This document shows, piece by piece, positions 1 to 9,000 of a stretch of 64,000 bases of DNA. This DNA comes from Bacilli bacterium (GTDB taxonomy: Bacteria > Bacillota_I > Bacilli_A > RF39 > UBA660): positions 14,444 through 78,443 of the forward strand of contig JAFXXX010000008.1 in NCBI GenBank assembly GCA_017542065.1, given 5' to 3'. Below the pieces are notes generated by a model. It saw nothing but the letters and a program-made list of their open reading frames with translations. It did not search any database and was not told the origin of the DNA. Position 1 is the stretch's first letter. Every line of letters starts with the position of its first letter. The translations under genes and the position numbers were made by a program.

Positions 1-3000
1 ATTAACAGCAGATAAGTTTGGATTACTTACTATATCATCTGCAGAATCATCTAATAAAGTAATCTTAGCATGTCCATTACCAAAGTTTCCAGACATGTAT
101 CCAGATGATGTATAGTCTGGCATTTCTTCAGACCCATTCTTCATAATAGCATTTGTTAAACTATCAGATACATATGAAGAACCACCAGTTCCACTAGAAC
201 CACCATAGTATCCTCCACCACTACCTGTATCACCATAACCTAAACGTGCTGAAGCAGATTGGTTACCACCGTTATTACCTTTAGCACCAGCTCCACCGGC
301 AACTATAATTCTTTGTTCATATGAAGCATCACTACGTTTATTTATTGTTATTCCATTATCATAAGTCCATATATTATCTTCACTTGATAGAGAAATATCT
401 GTAGCTCCTCCTCCAGTACCAGAAGTATACCAGTCATTAATAACACCACCATTATTAATTCCTCCACCATTATATGAACCAATATAAGAATGTGTAGATG
501 CTTTTCTACCAGATGATCCCATTTCACCAACGTGAATATATAATTTATCACCTTCATTAAGAGATATTATTCCAGAAGCATATGCTCCTTTACCACCATA
601 CACAGCACAAGTATCTGTAGCACAGCTACTATATGATCCTGCTGCAGAACCAGATGCACCCCAAGTTTCTAATTTATATAAACCTGTTTTTGGTGCGGTA
701 AATTCTTCTTGATGTCCAACATAAGAATAATTAAATGTTCTTTCAACATTCTTATTGTTTTCTCCAACAGTTAATACTCCACTATTATTTACTGCAGTTC
801 CATAACTTGGATCCACTATAGTATTTCCAATAATAGTTAAGTAACTACCAGAATTATTTACAAATGCAGTTGATGATTGATTTTTAATATTATTAAACTT
901 TGTATTATTAATAATCATCGAAGAACTATTACTTACAACAGTTGTAGCACTTGTAGCTGTTGAATTAACTATAGAATCATTCATTTCTAACTTAGATCTA
1001 TATTGAACACCAGCCCACCAACCATCAGTTCCATTATAGTTACTAATTACTGTACCAGATCCATTAATAGTAGAACCATTAACAACTGTATCTCCTCTAT
1101 TATCCATAGAACTAAATGTTGAATCATTTATTGTAAGATAACTATAACTATTATATACATGAGTAAGTGTAGAATTATCTACAGTTGTTATTCCAGAAGA
1201 TGATACACTTAATGTTCCATTTAAATTTAAATTACTTAAATATATCTTATTAGGATCTTTATTTGGTGCAACATAGAATGCATCATTACCAGTAGATTTA
1301 AAATTCGAATTAGTTACTATTACGTCATCTACTGACATTTCATAGAAACCAATTCCAGCTCCAGTTGCATTAATATTTGCAAATTTAACTGGTGCTATTG
1401 CCATGTTATAAACTGCAATTGCTCCTGTTGGAACAGTATTAATATTAATATTACTAATTAATGGAGTTTTACTTCTATTAACTAAACCATAAGCACTACC
1501 ATTAACATTTAATTTTCCACCATTACCAACTATTTCACCATTTGTTTCATTATAAATACCAACAGTATTAGTATTGTTAGAGTTTATTTCAAAATCTCTA
1601 TTTAAAATTAATGTACCTCTATTTTCGATACCATTCTTACCATTAACATTAAGATTAATTGCACCACTATTTAATGCTAATGTAGCATACTCATTATTTA
1701 AAATAGCACTAGCAATAGTTGTAGTTATACCACCATGATATGTATCGTCTACTGTATTATTAAATGAAATGTTTGTATCAGGAGTTAGTGTATTAATATT
1801 TACTGAATCATCAAAATTAATACCTTGAAGATAGTCAGCAAATTCAGGGTTTGTTTTAACACTATAAGTCTTTGATAATTGTTCTCTTAATCCATGTAAT
1901 TGTTCTGTTGGAGCAAGATATGTTAACTTAGCATAACCATTATTAGATTTAGAACAATTTTCAGTAGGAGTACTATTTGTACATGTTGTAGTTTCAGTTT
2001 TGGTATCTTCTTCAGTAGAAGTAGCACAGTTGTAACAAACCATTTTTTTGTTTAAAAGTAGTTCATTACCAATATAACCAGAACCTCCACCACCAGATGA
2101 TTCGGAACCACCGCCTCCACCGTAGAAGCCACCGCCTCCACCGCCTCCTTCAGAGCAGGCGTTTTCAGGAGAACTTCCTCCTAAACCAAATTTAGCAGTA
2201 GTCCATGAAAGCCACAATTCTGAACGTTCGGAAATATCCTCCCAACCATCTCCACCAAGTCCACCAGATGTTTGTGTACCTCCTGTAGCAGCTTGTTCAT
2301 CCCCATGGTTATTCCTATTTGTATGGGTTCCTTTATTACCAATATAGCCACCAGCTGATCCTCCTCGACCAGTTTGCCAACCGTCAATATTGAAACCGCC
2401 TCCACCACCACCGGCAACAATTAAAATGTTTTCTTTATCATTTTCTTCATCTAAATCTTTTAATTCACCAGAAATAGTAGCTATCGATGTGGCACCTCCA
2501 CCAGAAGCACCCCATCTATTAGAATATGATGTACAATCAGCACCGTGTGACGAACCACCACCATTATAACCACCAGGTAAAACAGAATTCATACTTGTAC
2601 TTCCCTGACCACCAACATTAACATAAATATTAGTGTTTTCAGTCAATTCAGTTTCACCAACTGAATATCCACCATAACCACCTATATTAGAAGGAGCAGA
2701 ACCACCTTGTGCGCCCCATACCTCTAGTTTATATAAACCTGTTATTGGTACATTAAATACTTGTTCTTTTTCTTCGCTATCTGAAACATAATCAAATGTA
2801 TATTCACTAGTAGTAAATCCAAAATCTGATAAATAATCTTCAATATGATCTAATTTATATTCATCACTAACCGAGCATCCATCACATAACCCAGCATATT
2901 CTTCATATTCAGCCTTATCATCCAAATATGCAGTTCTTGCTTCAGCATATAGTCTTGATTGTTCAGTTATATAGTTGACATTAGATTCATGTCTTTCTTC

Positions 3001-6000
3001 AAATTCACTATCTGTGATAGTTAATTTACCTTTATTTTGAATAATATAATCATTCTTTTCAGTAGTTAAAGTAAATCCATTTAAATCAAGAACAACTTCT
3101 TTTTCTTCAGGTACTATTATAGAAGTACTTAAAGTAATATTTTTAAGAATCTCAACTGTATCTACTTTTTCATTAAATACTGGTTTATCAAAATACATAT
3201 TGTTTATTTTAGTATATGAATCAGGATTGAATGAATAAGCATCATTTATATTATCAAATAGTCTTACTTCTTTTATAGTAAATGTATCAGAATATCCATC
3301 ATCAAATTTACTTTTTGCATATCTAAAATGAATATAATTTTCTTCATTACTATTTAATGTAATAATTGAAACTTGATTATCTTTAGAACCCGAAGTTTGA
3401 AATCTAACACCCTCTGAATTAGATGGTGTATTTGGCGAATTAGTTACATGGATATAACCATAATCTGAACCTTCACTACTTATAGAAGTTCTAACATATA
3501 AATATTTCTTTTCTGTAATTCCAGTTAAATCAATTTTAAAATATGTATGAGCAACTCCATAGCTTACACCTTGGTTATTACTAACATAATATGAACCATC
3601 TACAGAGCTTATTTTAAAATCTTCTCCATTTATATATATCTGTAAGTTTTCAGTATTATCTAATTCTTCAGGAGTTAATTCTTTATTAAAAATTTTAAAA
3701 TTATATATTGCTCCAGTAAAATTATTACCACTTGATCTTGTAGCTATATAACTATTTGTATTTGCTCCATTAGCAAAATTAGAATATTGTGTAGTTTCTA
3801 ATGCAATTCCGTCATAATATAATTTATATACATCATCTTTATATGTTAATAGTAAACTATGAATATTCCCATCATCTATAGTTTCAGGCATTACAAATGT
3901 ACTATAATGACCACTATTTGAAATAATAATACTAGATGACCATAATGCTATACATGTTTTTTCAGCAGATGAACCCATATATAAGAATGAATTACCTTTA
4001 TTTGGAGTAGTAAACTCAACATATATAGATTCTTCGTAATTATCTAAATTTAAATTAGCATTTGACATATAAGCATAATTAGAACCATTAAATGTTAATG
4101 CATTATTAGTAGCATTTGGAATTAATTTATTTGTACCAATAGATATATCAGTTGATGCAGAGTTCTTAATTTTAACAAGATCATAATCATATTTAATGAA
4201 CGTATATGTATCGTTATCATTCTTTAAGAATTCAGTTGTTTCTACTTCATCTACTGAATTTTTCTTTACAAAAGTCATACTGTTAATAACAAATTTTAAA
4301 CCTGCACTATACCAGTTATATTCGCCAAAGTGTAAATATGTTAACTTACCTTTTTCAAGAGTTACCGAATAATTTCCACTAGTAGACCAAATAGTTTCCA
4401 TAATTTTAGGAGCAGAATCATATCCAATATACTTAGAATTATCTGAAGTATACATCCAGAATCTAGCAGCACTACTAGTTGATGTAATACTTAGATTTAC
4501 AATTAATTCTAAATCTTCATCAACATTAGTTAAATCAAATGCAGCATATGAATGGGCAATAGTGTTACCACTTATTCCAGTATCAGAATTTATATAAGTT
4601 CCATCTTCTTGTTTAACAAAAGGATAATAATCAACATCATTATAAAGAACTATTTCTCTATTTTCATTACCTTCTCCAAGTATTCTAAAGTTTGAAACTT
4701 TGAAACCTTCGTATCTATTAACATCTCCTCCACCCTTAACAAAGCCAAAGTAAACATAATTTACTTTACCTTTTTCAAGTTTATAGAACATTGAAAATCT
4801 TCTATCATTTCCAGTAAGTCTTAATATTTGATTTCCAGTAGTAGATAAAGAATCACTAACAGATATATAACCATATGAACTTGAACTATAAGTATCAGCT
4901 AAACAATCAAATACTATAAATTGATCTTTATCATAATCAGTTAAATCTATTTTTAAATAAGATAATGCTGTTGTATTAGCAGTAGATTGATTACCACTAT
5001 AAATTTCATCATTTACAGCATCATATATAAATCCATAGTCTCCTGCTTGTTTTATTTTTGATAATAGTTTCGCTTCTTCAGTAGTAAATGAACCAGATCT
5101 AGTTGAATCAAAAGCATTAAGTCCACCATTGATTTTTAATTTTGCATAATAAGTACTTCTTATTCTTGCTTCTGGATCAGTAACTATATCAAGTGTACCA
5201 ATATTCTTATCATTTTCTCCTGTAAATACTACGTTATATGAATATTGTGTAATAACATCTTCACCATGATCTATCATCGCAGTTTCTTCAGATATAAGTT
5301 TTCCATCATAGAAATGGAATTCATTATTTTGTTCTATAGCATTTATTTTTCCTTCAATAATAGGTCTATCTAGTTCTGGATAAATAAATGTTTCACTTGG
5401 TTCAGATGAACCATCTCCTAAAACAAATATATTATTATTTATAATTGCTTTATCTATATTACCTTTAACAAATCCAATTGATTCATGTTCATCACCATTC
5501 ATTCTGGGATTTCTATCTACTATTTGTAGTTTTCCATTGTTAATAAATGTAGCATTTTCATTACTTGTTATCCCTCTTCCATCAAGATCTATTGTTATAT
5601 CTTGATTAGAAGCTATTACTACACTTTCATTTACAACAGGTAATATTGGATTAGTTTGAATAGTACACTGAATTTCAGCACAGTAATTAACTGCAGCTTG
5701 AATACTATCAAACATTAAGAATTCTTTACCATCTTCTAAAACAAATTCTTTAGTATCTGGATCTACTGTATACCATAAGATTCCATTTTTACCAACTACT
5801 CTAGCAACATATGGATGAGTAGTTACTTCTACTTCTTTTTCTGATACATTACCAACATAGTCTTCTGCAACTATCTTAACAATATATTCAGTATTATCTT
5901 GAACACCATAGAATGTATGATCATAATTTTCAGCATGATCTTTTATTCCATCAAATGTATCTGATACATAAGTTAATGTATCATCATAAACTAATGCATC

Positions 6001-9000
6001 TTTTTCTTTAACGTATAAAGTAAATTTCTTAACACCAGAACCAGCATCTTGTGCAGTACCACTAACTGTCATATTAAATGACATAGATCCAGTACCTGGA
6101 TTATTAATTGTTGGTGCAATACTATCAACGTTGATTATATCTTCAGTAGCATTTGGACTATATATATTATTCTTTTTAGCAAATGCTGTAATAATAGTAT
6201 TTTCATATACTTTAAATGGACCAGTATATTCTACTGCATCACCATCACCAATTTTATAATATAAAGTGTATTCTGGATCGTCTTTACCAGATGTAATAGT
6301 AACTGTATCACCACATTCATCATTACTTGAATTAGAACATACCCAAGTTCTATTAGTTGTTTCATCTAATGTTGGTGTATATGTAATAACTGGTTCAATG
6401 ACCATTTCATATACAGCATATAAATCTTTATTTGTAGTTATATGAGTATCAAAATCAAATGGATTAGTTCCATCCTCAGTCCAATATAAGAATATACCAT
6501 GAGCTTTAGTTGGATTTTCACTAGGAGCTGTAGTTGTTGTATTCCAATCTACTTCATCAGTTGAATAAACTGTATCTTCATTATGATATACAACATTAAA
6601 CTTATTAATTTGATAATAAGCCTTTAAATTTTTATCCCCAGTAGAACCTGTTGGAATACTAGTTATTATATTATTACCTTCTTTATAATGTAAGAAAGTA
6701 TAACCTTCTTTTTCTGGTACATTAAATGTAATTTCATCACTTTCAATTGTATATCTATCAATGTTTGTAACACCTTGTGGTAAATTACCGCCATCATAAT
6801 CATAAGTAATATTATAAACAATTGGAGTATAGTTTGCTAAGAAACTTCTATGACCTATACTACCAGTTGGAATAGTTACTGTAGTATTTTCATTACCAAT
6901 TAAATCTGTTCCAGACCATCCTTTAAATGTATATCCATTCTTACTTGGATTATTTAATGTAATATCATCGCTTTCAATTGTATATTTATCTGGATTAGAT
7001 TTACCAGTTTCATAATTACCATCATTTAATGTATATGATAATGAATATTCAATTGCTCTAAAGTTTGCTGTATATTCTCTATTTCCAGTTGAACCAGTTG
7101 GAATTACTACTGATGTAGATTTATCAGTAATATCTGTTCCAGACCATCCAATAAATTCATAACCTGTTCTAGTTGGATTATTTAATGTGATAGAAGCTGA
7201 CTCTATGTCATATCCTGTTGGATTTCTTAAAGCAGTTTCTTCTTCAGTCGTTAATCCATGATAAACAATCTCATAAGGAATAACCTCATAATTAGCAGTA
7301 TATGCTCTATCTCCTGCTGAACCTTTAGGTATAGTAACAGTTGTAGTATTACCTGTTAAACCAGTTCCTGTCCATCCAAGGAATGTATATCCGTTCTTAC
7401 TTGGATTATTTAATGTAAATGTCTCTGTTTGTCTTGTATAAGTACTTGGATTAGTTTTTCCTTCCGCATATACACCATCATTTAGATTATAAGTGATAGC
7501 ATAATCATCAGCATTTTCTCTCCATACAGCAGTATAAGTTCTATTACCTATACTTCCTTTTGGAATAGTTACTGTTAATGAAACATTTCCATTTCCATCA
7601 TCCCATCCAAGGAAATCTTGATAGTTATTACCTTGATCATCTAATCTAGTACTTGGATTATTTAAAGTAAATGTATCAGTTTCAACATTATATTCAGTTC
7701 TATTATTTAATAATGTCTTTTCTGTATCAGTAATATTTTCATATGTAATACTATAGTTTATTATTTCATAGATAGCTGTTAAAGTTCCATCATCATTATC
7801 AAATAAATAAGTTAAATTTTGATAAGTTCCTCCACCTACATGGTCATATCTTATAAAGTTATATCCTCTTTTAACTGATTCACTAAGAACTTTTAAAGTT
7901 CCATAATCTTCAGTAAATGTAACTAATGAAGCATTATCTTCATAAGTTCCACCATTAGGATCAACTGATAATGTTGATCTATTAATTTGATAATGAGCAG
8001 TATATGTTCTCTTACCAGTTGAACCTTCAGGAATTGTAACTGTTTCAGTTACGTCTGATAAACCAGTTCCTGTCCAACCAACAAATGTGAATCCTTCTTT
8101 AGTTGGATTATTAAGTGTAAATGAATCTCTAACTGTATATGTTATTGGATTAGCTACTGCTACACTTCCACCATCTAATTCATATTCAATTTCATAATTG
8201 TTAATAGTATAAGAAGTATATAATTCTGTATCTCCAGTTATTGGATCATCATCATAACAACTATCATATAAAGAGAAACATTTAAATGTATATCCATTAT
8301 ACTCAGGATGATCAATTAATTCTACTGATTCACCCTCTGGAACTTCCACTATAGCAAGTACAGTTTCTTGATCATTATTTGGATTCTTATCAATAAATGT
8401 TACATTATATTTTTTGTTTTCAATTTTTCCATATAATGCTAAGTCTTTAGTAACTTTGTTGTTAAAGTTATATTTATTAGTATAATTCTTATCTGTATAC
8501 CAACCAGCAAAGTTTTCTATATGTGGATCAATGTTTTCTATTTTTTCAGAATTAATAACATATAATTCTTTATAAACACTATTGTTTAAATAATAAACAA
8601 CATATTTATAATCATCACCGTGTGCAATAGCAGTATTAATATAAGTTTTAGCTTCATCTGTTTTAACAATATCAAGAACTAGTGTTACACTAGTTTTTTC
8701 AAATGCATTAATTTCTGTGCCTTCTAATGGAGTATAGAATAAATTATTATCTTCTTTAGTCCATCCTGGGTTTTTGCTTTCATCAAAACTCATGCCTTCA
8801 GGAATAACATCTTGAATTGTAGATATAGTACCTTTTACTTCTCCATCATTTTTTAAATAAATATTATAGTAAATAGAACCTTCAATTGTTTTAGCATTTT
8901 TAACACTTTTTAACACTTTAGTTTCATCATTATAATTAAATGTTTCCTTTTTACCATTAACTACTAGATCTAATTTACTAATAGTTTTAGTTATATTTAA

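Noticed and set aside
6400-8560. Periodic ~220-nt repeats, considered as a CRISPR-like or satellite array.
   Set aside because: The periodicity is at the protein level (Listeria-Bacteroides repeats) within a continuous ORF. The DNA copies are divergent and there are no short identical direct repeats with unique spacers.
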